Source: Azolla caroliniana (taxonomy: Eukaryota; Plantae; Polypodiophyta). Taken from it: a stretch of 64,000 bases of DNA. The stretch spans positions 15,252,001 through 15,316,000 of the forward strand of contig JBHGNT010000013.1 in assembly GCA_043228905.1 (NCBI GenBank). The letters run 5' to 3'. This document shows, one piece after another, positions 25,601 through 34,185 of the stretch (positions are counted from its first letter, which is position 1; each line of letters opens with the position of its first letter). A program made the translations under genes and the position numbers. The notes under the pieces were generated by a model. The model made no database searches. It was not told the DNA's origin and saw nothing but the letters and a program-made list of their open reading frames with translations.

Positions 25601-26115
25601 ATGCAGGCCGGATCTCGTAGACTAGGGTCCGATGCAACCCCTTTGATTCTCGACGCGCTGTCCTCCGGTAAGGGTGCCGCGACTGGCCTTACCTTCCGGT
25701 CCACAGTCTTGTACTTGGTGCTTACGTGGGCCGTCCGAACTGACTCGAGCCCTCGACCGAAGTCCGCGATGACTTCGTACATCTCCTCGGAACACACCGG
25801 TATCGTCCGGTCTTCGTTAAGGCCTTCTTCGACTACCTTTCCCAGCATTCCCAAGGTGTCGTCGAATGAGACCGCCTCCACGGCTCCGTTGATTTCCTCG
25901 TCCGGGCCGAGAACTCCGCACGCTCGAAGTCTCCCCTCCGCCTTTGTCTTCTCTCGGCCGCCGATGCCGACTATCGTACACGCTCCGCTGTCGGAGAACA
26001 AAAATTCCCTACCTATGGTACAAGGTTTCTTCGGTTTTATCGTACAGGTGTGGGGGTTTCCCGGGGTGTCCGGACTGTCGCGGCCCCACGCCTTGGCAGC
26101 CCTCTCTAAAAATCC
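22618..26115 (-). CDS. pol: Gypsy Pol (RT-RNase H-integrase), probably translated by -1 frameshift from gag-PR
   Basis: RT (LRFIQDLQPVN, DLYSGYDQ, LPQG, FLDD), RH (VDTSPTGIG, RELWG, ETDC, ADMLSR) and IN (H..H..CESC, D..D..E, GPY). The frame stays open from the slippery site at 26109-26115 to the stop at 22618. Confidence 0.93.
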   Translation of the reverse strand, partial: GFLERAAKAWGRDSPDTPGNPHTCTIKPKKPCTIGREFLFSDSGACTIVGIGGREKTKAEGRLRACGVLGPDEEINGAVEAVSFDDTLGMLGKVVEEGLNEDRTIPVCSEEMYEVIADFGRGLESVRTAHVSTKYKTVDRKVRPVAAPLPEDSASRIKGVASDPSLRDPACIGHTFTDETLRELKIGGSGFLLPAEEDRFRRMLGRRGKAFAFSPEEIGCVDPTIVEPMVIFTVPHVPWNLKPIPVPRAHIPKLMELLRQKVDMGILEPSSAPYSNRWFTVPKKNGSLRFIQDLQPVNRVTIRNAGIGPTIDEFAEAFAGRSIYSVGDLYSGYDQFQLAVESRDITTMRTPLGLVRMCTLPQGGTNSVAHMVNAMNKVLRDCIPDITMPFLDDIPIKGCPVEEKDETIGPDGCRRFVATHIDDCEKVLQRLEDARLTFSGEKSAFGQSEIMVVGHLCGPYGRKPSPAKVEAISAMKPDCSSVTEVRRFLGACAFYHIWIPHYAHVAEPLYGLLKKGRRFEWLDEHAASVWKLKEALAAAPALRKAVYGKGTPVFITVDTSPTGIGWVVNQEDEDGNRFPIRFGAKVLSERQRGYAQVKRELWGIVSAVKTDKDYLIGTEVIIETDCLPILGMVSGCATPDLAMLRWIAYIKSLDPEIRHISGKDNAMADMLSRARFDDEGGMVSEDEEVGVDFFEAAYITTDGMSTPALNEFDASKYDGEWLQIGGFLKTMTPDASWTKDEANRIRKKAYRFLLRDGHLWKHPKKRNGVPLRVVAMKEEQEELLAAYHDSPWAGHRGTWATFEKLKGKYWWPGLYRDVHRFVSTCESCQMHSIVRHRDGLHPTYPPTIHFKWMVDLVTMPMGVGQMRYLVLAREDLTNQVEGRALQNKTTAAVCRFLIEDVICRYGCVGKIVADRGELDAEEAAELFDRLGVKLSLTTAYNPEANGKVERGHGPIVKALVRACGGQVGNWPRLLPYALWADRTTHSSVTGYMPTELMFGQKPIMPIERTISSWATVDWRDEMSREELLAARIRQLERRPEDVALATEKLRVARTKNKARFDRTHRVRPKKIDEGDWVLVYDSSLDNQHRATRKFARRWFGPYTVQSANDNGTYHLAELDGTRIAIPVAGKRIKAFKKRHDDEPDPILLDSSDDRSGAEEGPAGEE
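26045..26115 (-). promoter_or_regulatory. Candidate -1 programmed ribosomal frameshift signal (G GAT TTT plus downstream pseudoknot)
   Basis: The heptamer lies immediately before the gag TAG; the -1 frame is open into pol; stems GGGCTG/CAGTCC and GTGGGG/CCCCAC follow. Confidence 0.7.
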
Positions 26116-28232
26116 TCTCGGTTATCGGAACCGAGGGAGTCGCGGTTACGCTCGTGGTTCGGCCTAACCGTCAAAAACTGGACCGAATGGCGCCCGTCCT
26201 GGCTCTTGACCCGCGCATAGGCCGAACCGTTGTCCAGCACCTTGGTCTCCATTCGAGCCGCCGTGATGTACGGTTCTCCCAGTATGACGGAGTGCGATGA
26301 CGACTCCTGCACGAAGAAGTGCTGGTCTATCTCGACATCGCCGATCTTGACCCGTACATTCGGGCAGGCCCCGTGAAGTTCCTCGGTGGCGCGCGTCGCC
26401 GCCCTTATCTTCCACCCGTGCTTGGTGTTGATCGGCCATTTGCCCTTCTTATAGAAGTCCATGGACATCAAATTGATCTCCGATCCGTGGTCCACCAAAG
26501 CTATCACCGGTTCCTGGACATCGCCGATCTTCACCGGGGTTTCCGTGGTCGCTCGGGCCCAGTGCGGTCTCGAATAGTGGCTTTCCGCCCACTCGTCTCC
26601 CAGCGCCATGTCGTCTAGGTGCGTCGTCCGCACTTCCACCGGTCTTTCCGGTTCTGTCTCCGTTGACAGCCTCTTCCGTTTCACCAAGTCCACGATGGAG
26701 TCGTGGAACTCCTTCTTGGCGATTCCCAGCACCTCCCGTAGCGACAGCTCCACCTTGCTGTCGAGGATCCGTTCCTCCAGGACCTTTCGTAAGTCCGTGG
26801 TTCTTTCTATCTCCGTCCCCAGACGGTACCCGCCCTTCTGGGGTTTATCTTGCGTACCGGCCCCGCCGGCTTCGTCCCGTCGTGGCCCGGACCGGGTCTC
26901 GTATCGTTGTGAGGGCCCGGTCGTCCCGGGTTTCCCCACCCGCTTCTCTTCTACCAGAGCCTCGTAGTTCCGGCAAGCGGCTTCCACGAAGCCCGTCTTT
27001 TCCTCGACCGGGTCGCTCCACCCGGTCATCTCCCGTACCCGTTTCTCCGCACGGCCCGATTCCTCCCTTTTAAGCCCTGCACCGGCAAGGCCTTCCAGCA
27101 TCGTCGGCCAGAATCCGGCTTTGCTTTCCTTCCGGGCCTCGCCGCCCCCGACTCGAATACCGGCCGACGCCGAGTAGTGGACGGTTTCCGCATGTCGGGC
27201 CGCCGCCTCTTCCATCAACCTCTTCATTCCGCCTCGCCCGTCGTTTCGGTTTAGGGCCCTTCTCGTGTCGTTGGCGTGAACCCGGCCTTCCCATAGGTAC
27301 ACCACCCGGTTCCTCAGCGCCTCTGCGAAATCGCCGCAGTCTTTTCGGATGTGGCCGACCCCGTCGCACCACATGCACCTGTTCCCTGCCGCCGGCCGTC
27401 GGTCACGAGCAGGTCCTCCGCCTTCTCTGCGGGCTTGTGCGATTTGGAGGTCTTTTATCGCCCTCGTCAGTTCCTCCAACGCAGCTCCCCCAGTCGAGCC
27501 TCCGATCATGCCGGTCGGAGCCGAACCGGATTCCAGCCACTCCCGAGTCTCTTCCCTTCGCACCGGCTGCGCCGGCTCGAGTTTCCTCGCCGCGACTGAG
27601 CCCGACCCGGTTGCTCTGTCATCCTCCCATTCTCGCCGTTTGTCGAAACGGCCGCAGGCTCTCTTGACCGCCGCCCAGTCGGCTGTCAGCCCATCTTCGG
27701 TTTCTAGCAGGGCGCCCACGTGACTCCGATCCCTCTCGTCAACCGATTTGACGAACAGCAGGACCCGGCTTGTATCCAGGACCATCCTGTCAAGCGCCGA
27801 AAGGCGCGCGAAGTTCTCCTCGAACTCCCGGAGGAGTGCCGACGCATTCCTTCCTTTCCCGGGAGACTCCACCCACTCCATGAAGCTTCGCTTCGAAAGC
27901 CGGAGCGCGTCGTCCAGTCCGTATTTTTCCAGGAGCCGACCTTCGAACTCCTCCCAGGTACGGCTCTCCGCCCGCACCTCGAGCACCTCCGAGTGGATGC
28001 TCGGCATCGCCACTCGGGGAAAACCGGCAAGACGCCTGTCTTCCGGAATGTCCCGCATTAACATTTCTGCACCGTAGGACGCCAGGTACTTCGTGGCATC
28101 TTTTCCGGTGAATCGACCGATCGTTCCGACGACCGCCTCAATAGCTCTATCGAGGGCGCCGGTGCCCTCGCGCGCGCTTACTATCCGATCCACGGCCGAA
28201 GCCATGGCCTCTGCAAGATCCGCCCCCTTCAT
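26106..28232 (-). CDS. gag: Gypsy Gag-protease polyprotein
   Basis: Open frame with first ATG at 28232; CCHC zinc knuckle CMWCDGVGHIRKDC; aspartic protease ALVDHGSEINLM...VILGEPY. Confidence 0.9.
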   Translation of the reverse strand: MKGADLAEAMASAVDRIVSAREGTGALDRAIEAVVGTIGRFTGKDATKYLASYGAEMLMRDIPEDRRLAGFPRVAMPSIHSEVLEVRAESRTWEEFEGRLLEKYGLDDALRLSKRSFMEWVESPGKGRNASALLREFEENFARLSALDRMVLDTSRVLLFVKSVDERDRSHVGALLETEDGLTADWAAVKRACGRFDKRREWEDDRATGSGSVAARKLEPAQPVRREETREWLESGSAPTGMIGGSTGGAALEELTRAIKDLQIAQARREGGGPARDRRPAAGNRCMWCDGVGHIRKDCGDFAEALRNRVVYLWEGRVHANDTRRALNRNDGRGGMKRLMEEAAARHAETVHYSASAGIRVGGGEARKESKAGFWPTMLEGLAGAGLKREESGRAEKRVREMTGWSDPVEEKTGFVEAACRNYEALVEEKRVGKPGTTGPSQRYETRSGPRRDEAGGAGTQDKPQKGGYRLGTEIERTTDLRKVLEERILDSKVELSLREVLGIAKKEFHDSIVDLVKRKRLSTETEPERPVEVRTTHLDDMALGDEWAESHYSRPHWARATTETPVKIGDVQEPVIALVDHGSEINLMSMDFYKKGKWPINTKHGWKIRAATRATEELHGACPNVRVKIGDVEIDQHFFVQESSSHSVILGEPYITAARMETKVLDNGSAYARVKSQDGRHSVQFLTVRPNHERNRDSLGSDNREDF

Positions 28233-28254
28233 TTCCCACTCTTCTGCCGCCTCT

Positions 28255-28272
28255 TTCACGTCGGGTTCACCA
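28255..28272 (-). promoter_or_regulatory. Primer-binding site complementary to the 3' end of tRNA-Trp
   Basis: TGGTGAACCCGACGTGAA is the complement of ...TTCACGTCGGGTTCACCA, the plant cytosolic tRNA-Trp 3' end as I recall it. Confidence 0.85.
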
Positions 28273-28275
28273 AGA

Positions 28276-28993
28276 TGTCGTGGTTACTACGCCCTTGCGT
28301 GTAGAAAGGAGGAGGGACCACGGGGGTCTCGAACCGAAGAGCGAGAGAGAGAGAAGAAAGAGAGAGAGACCCGATTACACAGAACCGAAGATCCGATTGC
28401 GCAGAACCGACGATTGCACAGGGACACGGCCCAACAAACAGAGATCACAAATGAACGCCGACACAGATGGACGCAACAACGAGAGATAAGTACTTATGAA
28501 TGCAAGAAAACAACAGACTAAAGTATTACAACCCACGGTGGGGCACAAAATAGATGCTAACGAAAACGAACAGGGCGGCGAACAGCTGCCGACCCCTGTA
28601 TGTCGCGACGCACAGAAGGGGAAAACAGGTCGGAGGTGCTGCAGGACGCACTCGGGGCGTTCCACGGAACAGCGCAAGCCTCCTCGAAACCTGCACAGGT
28701 ACGCGATGGAGCAGAAGACAGAGAGAGCAGGAGTGAGAGAGAAGCTCCGAAATCGGTTCGGCAGCACTTCGTCCTCTCCGCAGGAGATCCCCCTTTCTCC
28801 TATTCTCCCTCTTCCTTTTTATAGCCCGTCAAGCGGCCGTTTGGCATTAACTGCATACCAACCGAATCTGCCCACCTAGGATCCTCGTATGTACCTACTT
28901 CGTCCTTAGGTACTTCTTGGCGCGCGTGTGTGTAGAGCCGTTTCCCACGCCTTGTTCCTCCGATTCCTCTTGTGGGCGGTTTTCTTCACGACA
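28276..28993 (-). repeat. 5' LTR of the intact gypsy
   Basis: Near-identical to 21826-22545; followed by TCT and the PBS. Confidence 0.97.
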
Positions 28994-30225
28994 ACGTGTA
29001 ATACGTTCATCAGCTTCCCTCCCTGTCCGACGTGGCTCAAAGGGACTTCTATGACATGCACGATTGGGTGAGGAGTGTCGTCTTCGGTTTCGACGACTCC
29101 CGGTTGTTCCTATTTCTCCAAGAAAGAGAACCACTCTTTGTGGTTCGTCATGTGATTCGGCGCACTGGAATCAATGTACCACACTTCCTCCGATTTGGAA
29201 GTGGTCTTCTTCATCAAGTTAGCCTCGTGTTTCATCACCAAGGCTAGCCCTTTACCGGCTTTTCCGGTTTTGGATCCTCCCGATGCTTCTGTGTAGTGCG
29301 AGTATTACCGGTTCTCTCTGCCGACCTTGCCGGATCCGGATCTGTTCGAATCGGCGCGCTTCTTCCAGCACTCGCTTTCTCGATGGCCCTTTTTACCATA
29401 GTACCAACATTCCATGTCGGCCTTTGCTTGCCGGCCTCTGGCACCGCCTTGACGATACGTTCTCTGTGCCTTTGGTCCTGCCCTTGCTGGCCGCTACCAT
29501 TGCGAGCCGACCCGCCTCGTCCACCACGCCCACAAGGCTGATCCGCCTCCGTATACAGCATCCGGCTATCGATGGGTTCACTTGTTGACGCACCGGCGTG
29601 GTTCTCCTCTACAAGGAGCATCGACTGTAAGTCGAAAAATGACGGCGTATTCTCCCTTGTACATAACGTTGTTCGGAATGCTATGAACGTAGACGTTAGG
29701 CCCCCAAGACAGATCTGCACCATCTCATCTTCCTCTACAATGACGTTGATAGAGGCAAGTGAGTCACATATCTCTTTGATTCGGGCCGTGTAATCGACTA
29801 CCGACATGTCCTTCTATCGGACATTGCTCAACTCCTGTCGGAGTTGCAGCTTCTGGACCGTAGTGCTTGCCGTGAAAACCTTCTTCAGGTTTCCCCAAGC
29901 TTCGTTTGGCGTCTTGGCATCTCGGACATGGCTTAGCAGCTGGTGTCCGACACTGGACGGAAAGTAGTACATCACTCTACTTGCCGCTTGTTCCCACACT
30001 GGGAAGTCCTTGTGTGCCGCATCAGGTGTTGTGTCGTTAGCTCCGTCGACATAGCTCCAATAACCATGCCCAAGCAAGTATTGGTGCATCTTGTATGACC
30101 AAGATGCGTAGTTGGATCTGTCGAGCTTCTCCACTGGGAGCGAGCTTGCCATTCCACTATTCATCACTTCTCTTAGGGTTTGTCTTCAGATGCTGATGTC
30201 GGTTGTAGAGGTTCTCAACCCTCGT

Positions 30226-30237
30226 GCTCTGATACCA
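30226..30237 (-). promoter_or_regulatory. Primer-binding site, tRNA-iMet
   Basis: TGGTATCAGAGC on the minus strand directly after the LTR's CA. Confidence 0.95.
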
Positions 30238-30286
30238 TGTAAAAACGAAGGTGCGGAAGCGTTAGGCAACCAACTTAGCCGGATAG

Positions 30287-30336
<50 letters not shown>

Positions 30337-30666
30337 ACACACAGAAGGTACTCAGGAGAGACAGAGAAAGAGCAGCACAAAATAAATCTATTATGAACAG
30401 CTCTATAAAATTCTCTTGTATATACAACGTGCTCAACAACACTATTTATACAAGTCCTAAGAGGACTGACAGAAGTACAATGTACTTCAATGCTCACACG
30501 AGCGTCTGACACTAACTATGAGACATTAACTACCTAGTAGTCTAGGATGCTACTAGGCTTCCGATTACTGCTTGATCCATCTCACCAGCTCCCCAACTCA
30601 CCGGCTCACCGATCCGGCTCAAGCTTATTCATCCAATCCGGATCCAGTTGAGCTTGCCGCTCAACA
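30238..30666 (-). repeat. 5' LTR of copia B (contains (GA)n)
   Basis: Adjacent to the PBS at 30226-30237; direct repeat of 17637-18104. Confidence 0.93.
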
Positions 30667-32903
30667 GGAGGCTGACCGGATAGCTCAGGTTGGGTCGAGT
30701 GATCGTGAGGTAGAAGAGACTCCCGAGTAGTTGTCGATACTGAGTCGGCTCACACTCTTCCATGTCGAAGTCGGTATCAAGTTTGAGGTTTCGATCGAGA
30801 GGGGTTGCCAAAGATTTGCACTCAGTCATCCTAAACTGGTATAACAAGTTGAGGATGTAGTGCCCTTGAGAGATCATAATGCTGGCCAGAGTCCAAATTA
30901 CCTCGATGCCACGGAAGTAATGGAGCTCCTTCATGTCCATCATCTCGATTTTTCTAGAGACGAGGGACTTGACCTTGTTAATGTCGACTAGATCCTCACC
31001 TCCAATGACGAGATCATCCACGTGTAGAATGATGACAATCGAACTTCCCGAATCGCTTCTTGTGTAGACGAAGTTGTCGGATTTTGACATTTGAAACCTA
31101 ATTCGATGAAGATATTGATCTTCGAATGCCAAGCACGCGGTGCTTGCTTAAGGCCGTGGAGAGGCTTCTTGAGTCAGCGGATGACTTTCAGATGGATGTT
31201 GGATTCGAAGCCAGGTGGTTGTACCATGTACACCTCCTCTTCTAATTTGCCTTGAAGAAAGGTGTTCTTGACGTCCATCTTATGGAGGTGCCACCTTTTC
31301 GCCACTGCAAGTGCAATCACGGTCCGCACAACCGTCATCTTTGCCATCGGGGCAAAGGTCTCTTCATAGTCGACTCCATGTGTTTGTGCGTATCCTTTCA
31401 CTACAAGTCGGGCTTTGTAGCGGTTGATGGAATCGTCGACATTATAGTTCACTTTGTATATCCATATGCAGTTGAGTGCCTTCTTCTACGGTGAGTGGGA
31501 GATTAGATCCCATGTCTCGTTTTCGCATAGTGCATGCATCTCCTCGTTCATTCCTTCGACCCATCATGGATCCTCTACTGCTTCGAAAAAGTTTTCTGGT
31601 TCTCGAATTGTCGCCACTTTCATCATAAAGGCAGTGGTATGCCATATAGTCGTTGTAGCCGAATTGGCTAACAATATTATTCTCACGGGTGGGGCGACGG
31701 AGTTTTTCGTTCGCCGTGGCAATGGCTTTCTTTAGACTTGGTGTCCTCATGATAGGTACATCTAAGCCACCGGACTCACTGTCGAGGGAGTGAGTCGATT
31801 CATTGTCGTCGAATTGATCGTCAGATTCATATTCTGGCCGAGATGTGCTTTGGTCGCTTGGCGGCTCTTGTGGCCCACTAAGCCTTGTCATAATCGGGCT
31901 TTCTTCGAACATGTGTTCAAGTCGAACTTCGTCTTCTATGTTTTCGAGTTAATTCGTAAATGGTTCGGAAAGAGTTTGGCTCGGGTTCGTACCATGATGC
32001 CAATTCGTGAAAGACGACGTCTCGACTTACACGAATCTTCCGAGTAGAGGGGTTATAGCACTTGTACCCTTTTTGTTCTAGTGAGTATTGTACGAGGATA
32101 CACTTCTCTGACTTAGGATCGAGCTTTTGTCACTTTTCGTCGGGAATGTGCACATATGCAAGTGAACTGAATCTCCTTACATGGGATAGATCAGACGTCT
32201 TCCCATAGTACTTTTTGTGCGGGGTAACCTCGTGCACACCAGTTCATGAGGTAGGCGACAATATTTGTTGCTTCGGCCCAATATGACTTTGGCATATTCT
32301 TTTAGTTCATCATGGCCCGTGCTACTTCAAAGATGTGTCGATTTTTGCATTCGGCTACTCCGTTTTGTTGCGGTGTATGTCAACACAAAAACTCTCACCA
32401 AATTCCTTCTTTCCGGAGAAAAGCCGAAAATTCGTCGGAGAAGTACTATTTTCCTCCATCCGACAGAAGATATCGTACATGATGTCCGGTTGTCTTTTCA
32501 ACTTCGCTATTGAATTTCTGGAAGTGTCCAAACACTTCGCTCTTTCACCGCATGGGGTAGATCTAGTTGTGCCTGGAGAAGTCGTCGATAAAGGCCACGT
32601 AGTATCGGCTTCCGCCGAAGGTAGCCGTTTGAGTTGGTGCCCATACATTAGAATGAATTATGTTGCATACGCCTTTGCTCATGTTCCTCTATTTCGGGAA
32701 CGGGTGCCAGTGTTGCTTGTCGAATTGGTAGGTTGCACATACACCTTCAATCTCCTTCTCTTCGAAGATCGGGAGCCTGATGACGACTCCTTTCAATTGC
32801 ATTGCCTTGAGTTTATTGAGATTGATGTGGCCAATCCTCTTGTGCCACAACTCTATGCCTGTGTCGGCTTTGGTGCCTTTTGCAAACATGGCCGATTGCA
32901 TCT

Positions 32904-33270
32904 TGTTGAGAATCAAGCTCAACTTAGTCTAGTGTGTGAACTCACCTTGAGAGTGAATAGACACTCCAACGGTCAAGAGTCACCATTATGTCACCTCTTT
33001 GCATTCTAGCATTTAGTATGAGTCATAGAATCATATTCTATGACACATAACTTATGAGCTTTCACATTCCCCATGCTCCATGAGTCTTGTAGTTAATGAA
33101 GAGAGAGGGTGACTATATAAAGCACCCTCCTCCCACCTTGTATTGAGTCAGTCTTTCTCCTTTTCTAATATACTTTTACCTTGTGTATTCTTTGTGTTTC
33201 ACTCTCTCTCTCTCTCTCATACACACACACACACACACACACATAACTCACATCTCTTCCGCTTCACAAG
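32904..33270 (+). mobile_element. LTR (solo or remnant) of the copia A/C family in opposite orientation
   Basis: Starts TGTTGAGAATCAAGCTCAAC, homologous to the reverse complement of 16665-16896. TATATAA at ~33114 and a (CT)n(CA)n tract. Right end ambiguous. Confidence 0.75.
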
Positions 33271-33280
33271 AATCCATCTC

Positions 33281-34185
33281 TTGAACGAGAAGCATATGCC
33301 CAAGTCATATTGGGCCGAACCTGCAAATACGGTCGTCTACCTAATGAACCGGTGCACAACATCCGGCGTGCACGAGGTCACTCCGCACGAAAAATACTTC
33401 GGAAAGAAGCCAGACTTATCGCACATCCGCATATTCGGTGCGATAGCCTACGTGCACATCCCCGACGAGAAGCATCAAAAGCTTGATTCGAAGTTGGAGA
33501 AGTGTATCCTCGTAGGATACTCATTAGAGCAAAAGGGGTACAAGTGCTACAACCCCTCAACTCGAAAATCTTGCGTAAGTCGAGACATCGTTTTCGATGA
33601 GTCTACATCCTGGTACACACCAGAGACAACTCCGACTCCAACTCCGCTTGACCCGGAATCCACCGAACAAGAGATAGAGGATGAAGATCGCCTTACGCGC
33701 ATGTTCGAAGAAAGTCCGATCATGACCCGACTAAGCGAACCACAAGAGCCTTTGAGCGATCAAAGCACATCACGGCCTAGCCCGATGATGGACAAAGGCA
33801 AGGCAAAAATGGCGAAATATGCTGACGATCGCGTCGACGACGATGAGTCGACCCACTCATCGACAGTGAGTTCGGCAGTTTCGAGGTACCAATCGGAGCT
33901 AAGAAAGCCCTCATCTCTGCAAACGAGAAGCTCCGTCGATCCACTCGTGAAAAGAACCCTGTAAGCCGATTCGGCTACAATGATTATATGGCGTACCATT
34001 ATGCCTTTATGATGAAGGTAGCAACAGTACGGGAGCCGAAAACCTTTTCCGAAGCCGCGAAGGACCCACGATGGATCGAAGCAATGAACAAGGAGATGCA
34101 AGCACTACGAAAGAACGAGACGTGGGATCTCGTTCCCACCTTAGCGCACAAAAAGGCGATCGGATGCAGATGGATCTACAAAAAG
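33281..34185 (+). mobile_element. Copia integrase-to-RT-start fragment, same family as A/C, plus strand
   Basis: ORFs 33143-33964 and 33988-34224: MPKSYWAE..TVVYLMNR, KCILVGYSLEQKGYKCYNP, EPKTFSEA..DPRWIEAM, KAIGCRWIYK. Confidence 0.88.

Larger units (their letters stand above)
21826..28993 (-). mobile_element. Young, apparently intact Ty3/gypsy (non-chromovirus) LTR retrotransposon
   Basis: LTRs 21826-22545 (720 bp) and 28276-28993 (718 bp) differ by one substitution and one TG indel by eye. Terminal inverted repeat TGTCGTG/CACGACA, 4-bp TSD ACGT, PBS, PPT and two long intact ORFs. Confidence 0.97.
17637..30666 (-). mobile_element. Full-length but decayed Ty1/copia element B
   Basis: LTRs 17637-18104 and 30238-30666 (TG...CA), 5-bp TSD GGAGG, tRNA-iMet PBS TGGTATCAGAGC (30226-30237), PPT at 18105-18120. 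gag at 29244-30167; INT-RT-RH remnants at 18800-21825. Confidence 0.93.
16665..32903 (-). mobile_element. Decayed Ty1/copia element A (same family as C), split by copia B; pieces 16665-17636 and 30667-32903
   Basis: RNase H (17033-17560), RT (30667-31450) and integrase/GAG-pre-integrase (31450-32903) remnants. Partial 3' LTR 16665-16896 preceded by a PPT (GAGCTTGAGGGGCG on minus). The sequence rejoins across the GGAGG TSD. Confidence 0.85.

Noticed and set aside
28255-28272. tRNA-Trp gene
   Set aside because: Only 18 nt match the tRNA 3' end including CCA, next to an LTR; it is a PBS.
22699-28521. Antisense and alternate-frame ORFs over the gypsy (e.g. 25391-26167 +, 24350-25285 -)
   Set aside because: Expected shadows of a GC-rich coding strand.
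32899-33279. Clean solo LTR with CATCT TSD
   Set aside because: CATCT occurs at both 33251 and 33275, and the downstream DNA does not continue the left-hand host, so the TSD cannot be fixed.
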